A stretch of DNA of 64,000 nucleotides from a virus: the IMG/VR virus record IMGVR_UViG_3300012973_000014, positions 22 through 64,021 of that record; one strand, 5' to 3'. Below are positions 8,940-18,424 of the stretch, piece by piece. Each line of letters begins with the position of its first letter. The stretch's first letter is position 1. A program made the translations under genes and the position numbers. The notes below the pieces were generated by a model. It made no database searches and was not told the origin of the DNA. It worked only from the letters and a program-made list of their open reading frames with translations.

Positions 8940-9324
8940 TAATCATTACATTATCCTTGCTTATAACCATAATCTGCTTATCCCCAAGTGTATCCCGGAC
9001 ACCCGTAAACACATCTTTCCATTTCACTTCCTCCACATCTATCTCTATCCCCAAGATATATTCAAGCGACAGACTCTCAAAAGTATGGGTGTCGCAAAAA
9101 ACCTTATCAACATAATCATCATAACCACAATGAGAGATATAACCATTTGAATCAATAAAGAACATACACATATCAGAATATAGCTTCATTATTTCAGGCT
9201 TCTCCATCGTCTGCCATTTATACCCAATCTTGAACAGAAACTCCTGCAACTTAACCTGCTCATCCTCTGTCCTGAGAAGCACTTTACTATTTTTCAAGTG
9301 CTCAAAAGCTTCCTTCTTTGTCAT
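8929..9324 (-). CDS. hypothetical protein
   Basis: 131-aa ORF. Confidence 0.4.
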   Translation of the reverse strand: MTKKEAFEHLKNSKVLLRTEDEQVKLQEFLFKIGYKWQTMEKPEIMKLYSDMCMFFIDSNGYISHCGYDDYVDKVFCDTHTFESLSLEYILGIEIDVEEVKWKDVFTGVRDTLGDKQIMVISKDNVMIIDL

Positions 9325-9361
9325 AATCTACTTATAGTTTTTAATACACGTTGCAATTTCA

Positions 9362-10870
9362 TTAATCTGGTAAATCCTCTCCCCACAAATCCATATCCTC
9401 CTCACCGGCATCAATTTCTATCTTAACCTCTTTCGGTAACTTATACAAGATATATCCACTGCTGACCACTCCGTCTACCTTCATACACTTAACCCAAGTG
9501 AACTTGCTGTTAATCATATCGTTCTTGAAACCTCCAATATGCTTAGGGTCCCTATATCCGTTCTCCAGACACCAGTCGCAGTACTGCTTGTAGATATCCT
9601 TGCTGAGCATCTTCCTGAGCTCACCTTTGCCACTGCTATCCGATGGACTGTAGCAATAGTCAGCAAGAAAACCATACACTCCCGTACTGCCGTTACGCAT
9701 ATCCTCAGTAATCTCATCAATACTCTTACTCTTGGTGAACACACCCCTCTGCTTGATAATCCTCTGCCGGCCAACCAACACCCAGTTGAATATGCCCGGA
9801 ATCTCACTCTTGAGAGTGCCCTTGAAGCTCCTGTCCGCCTTCAACTGTCCCATCCTCGGGTCAGGATTGTCACTAAAAACCTTGTTGAACCAAATGACGA
9901 TATTCCTTCTCCAAAAACCGTCACTACTGTCAGTGGTAATCAGTCCTCTATTGATATTCGCCATAAACATCGGCCAGTCATCACTCTCAAACGGCATCTG
10001 TCGTATAGGCCTCACCGCAATCTTCTCCTTACTGATGAGCTGCTTGAACTTACCACTACCGATATCCTTGGCCTCAGCATCAGAGTTATACGCCAAGAGC
10101 TTGCCTACCAGCGACGCAGTGAAGTAATCACCACCGTTCTTATTGTTCACATTCTCGATACCCACATTGGTAAGGTTGTCACCCAGCATAGCCTGCAGTG
10201 TCTCAAATATCACACTCTTACCGTTACTTCCGGTTCCATAGCAGAACAGCGCCTTCTCGATACTCAGCTCCTCCTTGTCAATCAGCATACAACCCAAGAA
10301 CTCCTGTATCACCTTGATAGCATCACCGTCATCAAGCACAATGCTCAGGAACTTCTCCCACCCCTCACAAGTGGCAAACTCATTGTACGCAAAATCCAAG
10401 TAGATATTGGTCATCAGCTTAGGACTCTTCTCCATCAGCTGCATGTCTCCACCTCTACCCAGCACAAGAGCAGTGTTCCTGAAGAACAGGATACTCCTTG
10501 ACGGCTCAAAGTTACCCATATCCGGAGACCTGAGCACCATCTTGCATATATGCCCCACACTGCGCACCTGATAACACGGAGCCACCTTCATCACCTTGAA
10601 GAATCCGGCCACCACAAGAGCTATCTGCTCGGGGTCTATCAGCTCCCACCGCGACCCGTTGAACACCATTAGCGAGTCATGGAACCGGCGGAACCTCTCT
10701 GCCATCAGCTCCACAAGGACAAGGCCTATCCTGCCTTCCACGTCCGGACTGCACTTCTTATCCTGCTCCGTATCCGGCAGCATCATCTGCTGTACCCCGC
10801 TCTCCACCCTCTTATTATAATCATATACAAGGGAAGAAATGATTCTTGTCACATCCAGCTCCGCCATCAC
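9362..10870 (-). CDS. D5/P4-family primase-helicase (SF3 NTPase)
   Basis: Walker A 'YGTGSNGKS', Walker B 'LLAYNSDAE'. P4-type primase C-terminal helicase architecture. 502 aa. Confidence 0.7.
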   Translation of the reverse strand: MMAELDVTRIISSLVYDYNKRVESGVQQMMLPDTEQDKKCSPDVEGRIGLVLVELMAERFRRFHDSLMVFNGSRWELIDPEQIALVVAGFFKVMKVAPCYQVRSVGHICKMVLRSPDMGNFEPSRSILFFRNTALVLGRGGDMQLMEKSPKLMTNIYLDFAYNEFATCEGWEKFLSIVLDDGDAIKVIQEFLGCMLIDKEELSIEKALFCYGTGSNGKSVIFETLQAMLGDNLTNVGIENVNNKNGGDYFTASLVGKLLAYNSDAEAKDIGSGKFKQLISKEKIAVRPIRQMPFESDDWPMFMANINRGLITTDSSDGFWRRNIVIWFNKVFSDNPDPRMGQLKADRSFKGTLKSEIPGIFNWVLVGRQRIIKQRGVFTKSKSIDEITEDMRNGSTGVYGFLADYCYSPSDSSGKGELRKMLSKDIYKQYCDWCLENGYRDPKHIGGFKNDMINSKFTWVKCMKVDGVVSSGYILYKLPKEVKIEIDAGEEDMDLWGEDLPD

Positions 10871-11127
10871 GCACCCTCCACCATAAGTACACTCCTTCTC
10901 GCACCCTCCTTCCTGACCACACCTTCCCTGAGCCTAACCCTCGGCCTTTTATCACCCTCCACATCCTTCCTCTCTACAAGACCTTGCTCAATCCAATCCC
11001 TGACACACTCGTCAGTAACTCCCAAGTCCTTCGCCAATCCGACTATCCTCCACCATCTCTCTCCGGTTTCATCTAAAAAACTATGTTGCGTTTCCATATC
11101 TTCCTTTTTTTCTGCAAACATACACAC
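10867..11127 (-). CDS. HTH DNA-binding protein (MerR/excisionase-like)
   Basis: 'WRIVGLAKDLGVTDECVRDWI' HTH. Paralogous to the N-terminus of the adjacent 184-aa protein. Confidence 0.45.
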   Translation of the reverse strand: MCMFAEKKEDMETQHSFLDETGERWWRIVGLAKDLGVTDECVRDWIEQGLVERKDVEGDKRPRVRLREGVVRKEGARRSVLMVEGA

Positions 11128-11133
11128 TTTTTC

Positions 11134-11688
11134 TTATTTTGCAAAATTAATTCGGTCCAACTTTTTCTGATACTCGCTTGGGTCCCTGAATACCAAGTGA
11201 TTGCCATGACTTGCAGATGCCCACTTTTTTCTTCTGTATTCTGACAAGTGCTCCCATTCCTCATCAGTCCTGAACATAAACCGGCCATCACGTCGACTCA
11301 AGTATATGCCGTTTCTCATCCGGATATGGAACTCAAGGTCTCCAATACCATCCATTTTCATAATCTCCTGTGCGGTATAAATCTGAAGGTAATCATCATC
11401 TCGCAGCGTCTCTTTCCGCACCTCTCTTTTCCTCAACCTTTCCGAATCCTCCCCGACCTTTGCAATCACCTTCTCACCTTTCTCTACCCTCGTCAAGATA
11501 TAGGAGCTTCGTATCTCCCATCCGACATTCACCCTGAAGTACAGCCCCTTCTCGGTCCGCACCCTTATCAACGCACCCAACCTGCGGTAATACCACAAGG
11601 CGTTATCAGTAACTCCCAAGTACTCCTTAAGAGCCTTCAGTGTCCAGTACTCGACACCATCTTCTTCATAATATCCAAGTTTTGCCAT
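11134..11688 (-). CDS. HTH domain protein; first gene of the leftward replication operon
   Basis: 'WTLKALKEYLGVTDNALWYY' HTH. Adjacent to the iteron region. Candidate origin-binding protein or regulator. Confidence 0.45.
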   Translation of the reverse strand: MAKLGYYEEDGVEYWTLKALKEYLGVTDNALWYYRRLGALIRVRTEKGLYFRVNVGWEIRSSYILTRVEKGEKVIAKVGEDSERLRKREVRKETLRDDDYLQIYTAQEIMKMDGIGDLEFHIRMRNGIYLSRRDGRFMFRTDEEWEHLSEYRRKKWASASHGNHLVFRDPSEYQKKLDRINFAK

Positions 11689-11789
11689 AATTTAAATGCA
11701 AGGAAGCTCTAATCTCATCTCCCTCGTCGCTGCAAAGGTAAAAATAAAACCTTAAATTTTCAAGTTTTTCGCAAAAAGTAGTACGAAAA

Positions 11790-12000
11790 CTACCTATCCA
11801 AACTACCTCACATCCCTTACAAACTGAACAATTTATGAGTCAAGGTAGTAAGGTAGTACAAATTTCGGGCAAAGGTTTGAAAAGTTACATGTGTGCATAT
11901 ACCCTATACACCTATGTACTACCTGTACTACCTTATTATATAAATTATTGATAATCTAAGAGTAGTGAGGTAGTTTTTATGGTAGTTTTGGGGTAGTTCA
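11790..12000. repeat. iteron array: GGTAGT(W)/ACTACC, 11 or more copies in both orientations
   Basis: aactacct, aggtagtaaggtagtac, gtactacctgtactacc, gaggtagtttttatggtagttttggggtagttcaggtagttc. Confidence 0.6.
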
Positions 12001-12300
12001 GGTAGTTCATTTTTTTAAAAAAAAATTTTTCAGGGTCCGATTTGGGGTTTCCGGGTGCTCCCGGCACCCCTCCCCTCCCTAATTTGCTGATATTCAGCTA
12101 CTTACATTTTGGCTGTGCAAGGTACCTATCAAATGTGAGGTTTATTTTGAGGTATTTTTGTTGTAACTTATTGATATACAGATAGTTACGGGTCGTCACC
12201 TAAAGTTTTACTTTAAATAAACCTATCTAACCCGCTGTGTTTTAATACTTTGTATGTAACCCTTTGAAAATCAAAACTTTACAAAATGATACTTTTTTGC

Positions 12301-12350
12301 AGGGGGGTAGCCGTGCCCGTTTTGGCCGTTTTTAGCCGTTTTTAGCCACT
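12301..12350. repeat. 3x direct repeat TTTT(T)RGCCR
   Basis: ccgttttggccgtttttagccgtttttagccac. Confidence 0.5.
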
Positions 12351-12589
12351 TTGGGTCCTTATTGGTACTTGTATACCAGTTAAGGGGAGATAATTTAAAA
12401 CGCTGATACTCAGATAGTTACAAAATGAAGATATAAATATAATGTATTGATAGTCAAGTATTTAGACCTATTTTGATACTATTTTAACAAAGTGATACTA
12501 TTTTGCAAAGTATTGATTTTTAGGTAGTTATAAAAAACTTTTGGTTTAAAAATGTATCTCAGTAGTCCAAAAATACACAACCTTGTAAA

Positions 12590-12720
12590 ATTGTGCAGTC
12601 CCTTGTAAGTAAATGTAAGGTTTTTAGTTATAATTTGTAAGGGTTGCGGGGTTATATGCTTATAAATTGCAAGGTATAAAGTATAAGTTTTTAAAAAGTG
12701 TAAGTTTTTAGGAAAATTAA
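12590..12720. repeat. about 7 copies of TGTAAG/TGCAAG motifs upstream of the first early gene
   Basis: cttgtaaaa, cttgtaagtaaatgtaagg, ttgtaaggg, ttgcaagg, gtataagttttt, gtgtaagttttt. Confidence 0.45.
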
Positions 12721-12795
12721 ATAATTGGTTTTAACTTGCACCCGTAAACGGGAGCCACTCAGGCATACCGATATAACCTATAAATATATAATACA

Positions 12796-13362
12796 ATGAA
12801 AACAAACAACACAACCCGCCCAAATGTAACCGTAAATTTTAACAACGTTGTAAGCGCGTATAAAGCAGACGCACGCACCCTAAACCGCTTATTCAGGGAC
12901 CTCAATGCTCAGGCAGAAGGATGTGAGGATACTAAAAAGGTTCTTGCAATTATCTGCAAGGGGTGCAAAAACAACAACGAGAAGAAGAGCGCATTTGTCG
13001 CGTTCTGCAAACGTTATACAAAGTATGCCAACGACAACGGCCAAATATGCAAAATGCGCAAAGTTGCAGGATATAAAGAGATACAACGCGCGTACATTAA
13101 GGAAACGTTCACTTTTGGCGATTTCCGCGGGGCATGGTTGCTGTGGCTTAAGGATGTCAACGATACATACCAAGCCAAGATTATCAGTTTTGCGACATTC
13201 TATAACACTAAGGGGTTGCCAATGACAGCCGAACACGCTCTTAATATACACCGACTACAGCAACGAGAATTGAGAAGTAAACGCGCCCTTACTAAGGATA
13301 CACGCGCGGAAATTGCAACCCTTCAGGCGCGCATTAAAGAATTGCAAGATACCTTGTTATAG
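12796..13362 (+). CDS. hypothetical protein (first rightward early gene)
   Basis: 188-aa ORF after the control region. Confidence 0.5.
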   Translation: MKTNNTTRPNVTVNFNNVVSAYKADARTLNRLFRDLNAQAEGCEDTKKVLAIICKGCKNNNEKKSAFVAFCKRYTKYANDNGQICKMRKVAGYKEIQRAYIKETFTFGDFRGAWLLWLKDVNDTYQAKIISFATFYNTKGLPMTAEHALNIHRLQQRELRSKRALTKDTRAEIATLQARIKELQDTLL

Positions 13363-14200
13363 GCTTTTTTGCTCCCCGTTATGGGGGGGCGCGTTAATGC
13401 AGGGCCCCATATGGGGCGCGGTTGCAACCCCGCGTAAAATGCAGAGCAACGCAACGTTCATTGATATAACAACCTTACAAGGTTACACGGGGGCGGGTAT
13501 CTTATACCCGTTGCACCGCGGGGGCGGGTATCTTATACCCTTAAGCCTTGCAATCTAGCAACCCGTTAAAATCTGCTGTAAGGACTGAAAACGCGCTAAA
13601 TTGCACCCGTTAATATAAGGTATTAACGCGGTTTAAATAGTCGGTTTAGCGGGGTATTTTGGCACTTTATACGCGTTGTGCAACGCGTTGCCAAATACCC
13701 GTTGCAGGTATCCAATGCCAAACTCCCAACGGGGGGGCGGTAGGGGAGAATTGCACCCGTTTTGAAACGTGCACGGGGCGCAAACGTACTAAACCCAAAC
13801 GGGGGCGGTATGGGTGAGCTATGTCCGTGTGTTTGAGGTTTTCCCGTTATCTTAGGTCTGCAATGACTGAACGGGTGAACGGATACCGAACTATTAAGGG
13901 AGGTAGGGGTACTTTGTGCCCGAACCGAACGAGGATAGTCCGACCTTGCCGAATCGAAGTAGGTGAGGCGCGAGGGTATCGTATAGGAGAGAGTGAGCGA
14001 ACGAAACACAGAGATATAGGGGAGAACTATATCCGGACCGTCTTGAACGGTTGCGATACGCACACTTGAGATAGTGTGAACGGGTTTAGTGTAGACTATA
14101 TCCTGTGTGTTTTTCATAATAATACAAAACAGCAAGGGCATACTGTGCCCGAGCGACAGGTGTACGAACGGCCTGTGGTTAGGAACTGTTCGTTTCGGGG
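13363..14200. other. GC-rich structured noncoding region with G-tract repeats and perfect palindromes (candidate ncRNA or regulatory region)
   Basis: No credible ORF. GGGGGCGGGTATCTTATACCC appears twice. GGGGGCGGTA appears three times. TTGCACCCGT appears three times (12737, 13597, 13751). Palindromes GCCCCATATGGGGC and ACGCGTTGTGCAACGCGT. Confidence 0.5.
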
Positions 14201-14488
14201 GTGGGGTACGAGAGTACTCTGCCCTTTCTAATTTATAAGAGTATGATAAACTTAAGAGAATTACGCAAGAGAGAGCCTGAGCGGTTCTTTATCTTGTGGC
14301 GGCAGCAGGACCCGATAGGATTCGGCTTAGCCAGAATACGTGCGAGTTACGAGGAAGTAACGAGTGCGAAGAAAAACGGAAGTGATGACTATGCCCGTAT
14401 GAGAGCGAATCATATTGCCCTTGTACGGAAGTGGACTGACCTGTGCGGTTTGGAGGCCAAGCAGGTACGAAAATATTATTATGTATAA
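14201..14488 (+). CDS. hypothetical protein
   Basis: 95-aa ORF, start uncertain. Confidence 0.3.
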   Translation: MGYESTLPFLIYKSMINLRELRKREPERFFILWRQQDPIGFGLARIRASYEEVTSAKKNGSDDYARMRANHIALVRKWTDLCGLEAKQVRKYYYV

Positions 14489-14544
14489 CCAGCCCGAATG
14501 CGGACGGGGGCGCACCTGAACGGGTGTATTGGGTCCGAACGATT

Positions 14545-14706
14545 ATGAGAAAAGAGATGCTACTTCTTGTAGCTGTGTTGTGGTCTGGCGAGGTATGCGA
14601 GGCTGCATTGTGTCCGAACGAGAATGTTGAGGATGCGAAGAACGCTGTTATTGTGAACTACTGCTTACCTTGTGGAGCAGTTAAAGAGTGGAGGATTGAA
14701 AAATGA
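14545..14706 (+). CDS. small secreted or membrane Cys-rich peptide (putative)
   Basis: In-frame Met of ORF 14443..14706. 'MRKEMLLLVAVLWSG' hydrophobic N-terminus, 4 Cys. Confidence 0.3.
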   Translation: MRKEMLLLVAVLWSGEVCEAALCPNENVEDAKNAVIVNYCLPCGAVKEWRIEK

Positions 14707-14789
14707 GACGCAGAGAAGTATTGGAGAACATTGCCCTAACTGTGATTTTGTTGGGCGGTATGTACTTAGTATGTTTGGCTGGGTACTTG

Positions 14790-14813
14790 TTTAACTAAAA
14801 ACGATGTATTATG
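14790..14813 (+). promoter_or_regulatory. class-1 conserved leader cassette TTAACtAAAAacgatGTATTATG
   Basis: One of about 20 copies of TTAACCAAwAA-N(4-9)-GTATTATG, placed immediately 5' of a small ORF start. Confidence 0.55.
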
Positions 14814-15020
14814 AGTGAATTTAAGACCCATGCCACCTTGTGCTTGAGTAATTTTGGTGGCGTTGCTATTGAACTATCTGATACGGGGGAGGCCGTCAGA
14901 TACAAATGGTATGATAATAAGCCGAGCCGTTGGTGCAAGGTGTATTACAACCTTAAGGGCGAACCGTATTTCAAGATGGCGGGCAAAAGGTACTACCTGA
15001 GCGAATTTATGCGGGTGTGA
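14811..15020 (+). CDS. hypothetical early protein
   Basis: 69 aa. Preceded by the class-1 cassette. Confidence 0.5.
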   Translation: MSEFKTHATLCLSNFGGVAIELSDTGEAVRYKWYDNKPSRWCKVYYNLKGEPYFKMAGKRYYLSEFMRV

Positions 15021-15084
15021 AGCCGAACCGGGCACGACTTGGGAGAGTTGTGTCTGGACGAATTAACTAAAACTGTATTGTATT

Positions 15085-15321
15085 ATGGAAATGATGAACA
15101 AATGGGTATACTTCTGTTTCAATTACCCGTACGACTTTATTGAGCAGATTTGGGGTGGAGAGTATATTTGCGACCACCTAAAGGGTAAATTTCAGATGTA
15201 CTATGACCTTGTAGGCAGTACCGGCGTGATGAACAAGTTTTATGCGAACTTGGACAAGACTAATCAAAGAAGGCTGCTGCAGTGGGTTATAGATAACTAT
15301 AACGATGAGCAGAAGTTGTAA
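15085..15321 (+). CDS. hypothetical early protein
   Basis: 78 aa. Class-1 cassette at 15062-15087. Confidence 0.5.
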   Translation: MEMMNKWVYFCFNYPYDFIEQIWGGEYICDHLKGKFQMYYDLVGSTGVMNKFYANLDKTNQRRLLQWVIDNYNDEQKL

Positions 15322-15384
15322 AGCAAGGAGGGTGCGTAGTGATACGTGCCCTTTTTCTATTTAACCAAAACGATAAGAAAAGTT

Positions 15385-15612
15385 ATGAAGACAATCAAAA
15401 TTGCTCCGAACCTTGATGAGATTGAGGTAGGGGCGAACTATGTTTCTACAGAGTGGAACGGTGGTATCAGGTACGAGGCTGAGGGATTGGACCGGTACAA
15501 GGAGGACTATCTGAAGCAGTGTTTCAGTACTGCGATAGCTATGAGTGGCCGACCATGGCAGCTTGAGGCTATATTGAACGACCATTTAGGATTGAAGGGA
15601 GTGGTGAAGTAG
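15385..15612 (+). CDS. hypothetical early protein
   Basis: Start placed at the Met after the cassette (TTAAC at 15361). ORF track 15346..15612. Confidence 0.45.
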   Translation: MKTIKIAPNLDEIEVGANYVSTEWNGGIRYEAEGLDRYKEDYLKQCFSTAIAMSGRPWQLEAILNDHLGLKGVVK

Positions 15613-15673
15613 AACGAGGAGCCGAGGCAGGGATGTCTTGGCTCTTGCAATTATTAACCAAAACGATTGTATT

Positions 15674-15937
15674 ATGCTAAACAGAAATGTAATTGAGGGC
15701 GTGGAAGGACTACGCGAACTAATTATGAGAGAGATTAGAGAACATTTGGCGGACGAATGTGAGGGCGGGCCGGTGGATATTGATATAAAGTTTAATTTGG
15801 ACGGTAACGCAGAATATTTGCGTAGTATTCAATTGGACGAGGATGGTGAAAATGTATTGGTAGTAACCGATACGGGAGTAAACGAGTTGTTCTTATATTC
15901 TCTTGATGAGATGATTAAAATTGTGGATGCGCTGTAG
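15674..15937 (+). CDS. hypothetical acidic early protein
   Basis: Start at the Met after the cassette (TTAAC at 15654). Acidic composition. Confidence 0.45.
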   Translation: MLNRNVIEGVEGLRELIMREIREHLADECEGGPVDIDIKFNLDGNAEYLRSIQLDEDGENVLVVTDTGVNELFLYSLDEMIKIVDAL

Positions 15938-15943
15938 TACTGG

Positions 15944-15971
15944 ACCCTACTTGGTGCGAATCAGGTAGGGT
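15944..15971 (+). terminator. conserved hairpin ACCCTAC-N14-GTAGGGT (copy 1)
   Basis: Identical 28-nt element repeated at 16282-16309. Followed by 'TAC..TTAACC'. Confidence 0.5.
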
Positions 15972-15999
15972 TACTATTATTAACCAAAAACGAACTATT

Positions 16000-16275
16000 A
16001 TGAAAGAGATTGAATTAGGTTCCGATGGGGGAACTATTGCTCTTATGGAATGGATTAGGGCGAACAATTACCCAGCCTTAGATACAACATTTTGTCGGTC
16101 AGCAAGCGGATACTATACTCTTATAGTATCTTCTTACGAACCGACCGAATTTGATTTAGACCTTTCCGATGGGGAGTGGTTTGAATGGAAGGGTATGAAG
16201 AGGCACTTTTGTGGTCTTCCACGAATGTGGGTGATGTATATTGACGGGTATTGGTATTACGCAACGCCTTATTGA
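16000..16275 (+). CDS. hypothetical early protein
   Basis: 91 aa. Cassette TTAAC at 15980. Confidence 0.5.
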   Translation: MKEIELGSDGGTIALMEWIRANNYPALDTTFCRSASGYYTLIVSSYEPTEFDLDLSDGEWFEWKGMKRHFCGLPRMWVMYIDGYWYYATPY

Positions 16276-16281
16276 TGAATG

Positions 16282-16309
16282 ACCCTACTTGGTGCGAATC
16301 AGGTAGGGT
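16282..16309 (+). terminator. conserved hairpin ACCCTAC-N14-GTAGGGT (copy 2)
   Basis: Identical to 15944-15971. Confidence 0.5.
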
Positions 16310-16315
16310 TACGAA

Positions 16316-16382
16316 TTTTTAACCAGCGGCGAACGGCTGTGCTGCGCTCCTACGGGAGTTTAATGGGCCGTGTTGTATTATG
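16316..16382 (+). promoter_or_regulatory. class-2 conserved leader (TTTTTAACCAGC...GCGC...TAATGGGCCG...TATTATG)
   Basis: One of 4 copies (16316, 20066, 26780, 28131) of a roughly 65-nt element with three conserved blocks. Confidence 0.5.
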
Positions 16383-17129
16383 ATGGAATATGTTAGACCT
16401 ACAGAGATGATGAGACTTACTGTTATCAATGGTAATGTTTGCGAAGGAACTATCTGCGGAGTTATCTTGACTATCGTGGAGGGTGATATTGTAATGGACG
16501 GTTACCGATTTAAGCACAATGGCAAAGGGATTATCTTGCCGGCGGATCAGGAGTTCTATTTTGATGAGAATACATTCAAGTTAGGGCAACCTATCATTCC
16601 TGACTGCTCTTGGAACGGCCTGTACAGCCTTGTTGGTTGGGACCGTCCGACCTTGTGGTACTACAAGAATGGTAAGGCAGAGCCATGGAAGTGGAAGAAT
16701 GAGCTTATTTCTTGGGAGATATTGCCTAACTATAACGCTAAGTTGTTGAACGGCTTTATCCCGGATGAGTTATTCGGCGAAGAGAAGGATGTCTATAGTT
16801 GGCACGACCTTATCGTACATAAGGATAACGGGGATATTGAGTTTAAGAAGGCTCCGCTATCTGTATTGCGATTGAATGATAATCAGCAGAAGCTGTTTGA
16901 ACAATTTAAGGCGTTACTTAAAGAGATGACCGATGCTGACATGTTGATTGTTGAAGATAGGGACCGCTGCGAACTGGCGGTATTGAACTGCAGTGAATAC
17001 AGAGTAGAGTTCGAGTGCGGCAACGATTTCGAACCGGCATTTCCGACAGATATGCAGGTTGTTATCCGTAATCATACCTATTATTACGGGGATGGTAGTG
17101 AGCGAATGAACATTTACAAGAAGAAGTAG
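16380..17129 (+). CDS. hypothetical protein
   Basis: 249 aa. Behind the class-2 leader. Confidence 0.55.
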   Translation: MMEYVRPTEMMRLTVINGNVCEGTICGVILTIVEGDIVMDGYRFKHNGKGIILPADQEFYFDENTFKLGQPIIPDCSWNGLYSLVGWDRPTLWYYKNGKAEPWKWKNELISWEILPNYNAKLLNGFIPDELFGEEKDVYSWHDLIVHKDNGDIEFKKAPLSVLRLNDNQQKLFEQFKALLKEMTDADMLIVEDRDRCELAVLNCSEYRVEFECGNDFEPAFPTDMQVVIRNHTYYYGDGSERMNIYKKK

Positions 17130-17193
17130 GTAAACGAACGGGGGCTGGTGCAGAGATGTGCCGGCCCTTACTATTAACCAATAAAATGATATT

Positions 17194-18093
17194 ATGAATT
17201 ACGAAGAGATGTACGAACGAGTTAAAGCTGAACTACAGACTGAGTACGACCTGTGCTATGTAGATTACCGGGACTCTTTTAGTGTCAAGATGGTAGCTGA
17301 ATGTCTTGAGCGAAAGAGTCTTCAACCTTTATGGGAGGAAGACTGCTACTGGGAACATCGGTCTGATGCAAGTTTTGATATTTTGGACAAGATAGGTCTG
17401 AAATTATATAAGGATTACGAGTGGCTTGAGTTTAAACAAGAGTCGTATTTGTACAATGACCTGCGTTACTTGATTCAGGAACGTGATGTAAGCGAACCAG
17501 AGAAAGACTGCTGGATGCAAACGAGGGTGGATGGCAGGGTGTTACTATTCAGTAATTATGACTGCTGGGTTCCGCCGTATGATGCCGGTGGGTTGGATGC
17601 TTTTCATGACTACCTTGAGACCGCTATGAGAGTACTATGCTTGAATCCTAAGAAAGTTAAGGAGGTTTGCAGTGAGTGGACGACTTGCAGAGGTAGGTGG
17701 CCGAATTACCATTGGAGAGATGGTAAAGAGGTGGTGAGTTATGAGGGATTTAGCAAGATATTGCGAGAGTCTTGTTCTTACGGCTTACTATGCTTTGTCG
17801 GCAAGATGAATATGAGCGAGTTATGGGATAAGATTGATAAGCAGGATGAGTTAGTTATCCCTAAGGGAACCACTGTAACTATGTTCAACCATTGGAATGG
17901 TGGTGGCAGCATGGATGATTGTAAAACTCTCAGAGATGTATCTTTGGGAGAAATGAACCGCAGAGCGCAAAAATGTCTTGTGGGAACCGAGTATGACTTC
18001 GTTGAGCTTGAGGTAGATGAGAGAGGTTGCTGTAGAGGATATAGTACCGGTGAGGTGTATGGTGGTAGCTTAAGCGATGATGACTTGTTTTAG
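17194..18093 (+). CDS. hypothetical protein
   Basis: 299 aa. Cassette TTAAC at 17174. Confidence 0.55.
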   Translation: MNYEEMYERVKAELQTEYDLCYVDYRDSFSVKMVAECLERKSLQPLWEEDCYWEHRSDASFDILDKIGLKLYKDYEWLEFKQESYLYNDLRYLIQERDVSEPEKDCWMQTRVDGRVLLFSNYDCWVPPYDAGGLDAFHDYLETAMRVLCLNPKKVKEVCSEWTTCRGRWPNYHWRDGKEVVSYEGFSKILRESCSYGLLCFVGKMNMSELWDKIDKQDELVIPKGTTVTMFNHWNGGGSMDDCKTLRDVSLGEMNRRAQKCLVGTEYDFVELEVDERGCCRGYSTGEVYGGSLSDDDLF

Positions 18094-18156
18094 TAAAACG
18101 CGGCTGTAATAGGGATATTGCAGTCGTGGCGAGTTATTAACCAAAATTGATGTATT

Positions 18157-18417
18157 ATGAAAATCAGAGAAATCAAAGCAAAGGACGGTGCAAGAGAGTG
18201 CCGTATTTTCGTGAGCAGTTGTGTAAAGAACGAGATTGATGATGGCCGTATAGTGAAGGGCTATTGGTATATTGTCAAAGGCGGACAGGTCGGACGATTT
18301 GTGCGAGAATATATCAAAAGCGGTAAGCAGCTGGATAACCTTGAGGATTATGATGTGTTCAATATCAACGGGAGCTGTGATACCAAGGAGTATTTTGCGG
18401 AATTGCTTGCTATGTAA
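18157..18417 (+). CDS. hypothetical early protein
   Basis: 86 aa. Cassette at 18137. Confidence 0.5.
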   Translation: MKIREIKAKDGARECRIFVSSCVKNEIDDGRIVKGYWYIVKGGQVGRFVREYIKSGKQLDNLEDYDVFNINGSCDTKEYFAELLAM

Positions 18418-18424
18418 CGAACGG

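Noticed and set aside
9539-10501. 320-aa + strand ORF antisense to the primase-helicase gene (also 9732..10127 and 9514..9807)
   Set aside because: These are shadow ORFs inside a well-supported minus-strand gene. Their translations are low-complexity L/T/H-rich.
10596-11170. + strand ORFs 10596..10820, 10679..11170 and 10846..11076
   Set aside because: Antisense to the primase-helicase and HTH genes. Low-complexity S/P/L-rich translations.
12301-12350. Short tandem repeats considered as a possible CRISPR array (also 38559-38600)
   Set aside because: Only 2-3 short units with no spacer-repeat periodicity. One is an in-frame coding repeat and the other an iteron-like element.
13623-14141. 172-aa minus-strand ORF across the GC-rich island
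   Set aside because: Low-complexity, P/S/T/R-rich translation with no start context. It coincides with repeat and palindrome DNA and is more likely noncoding.
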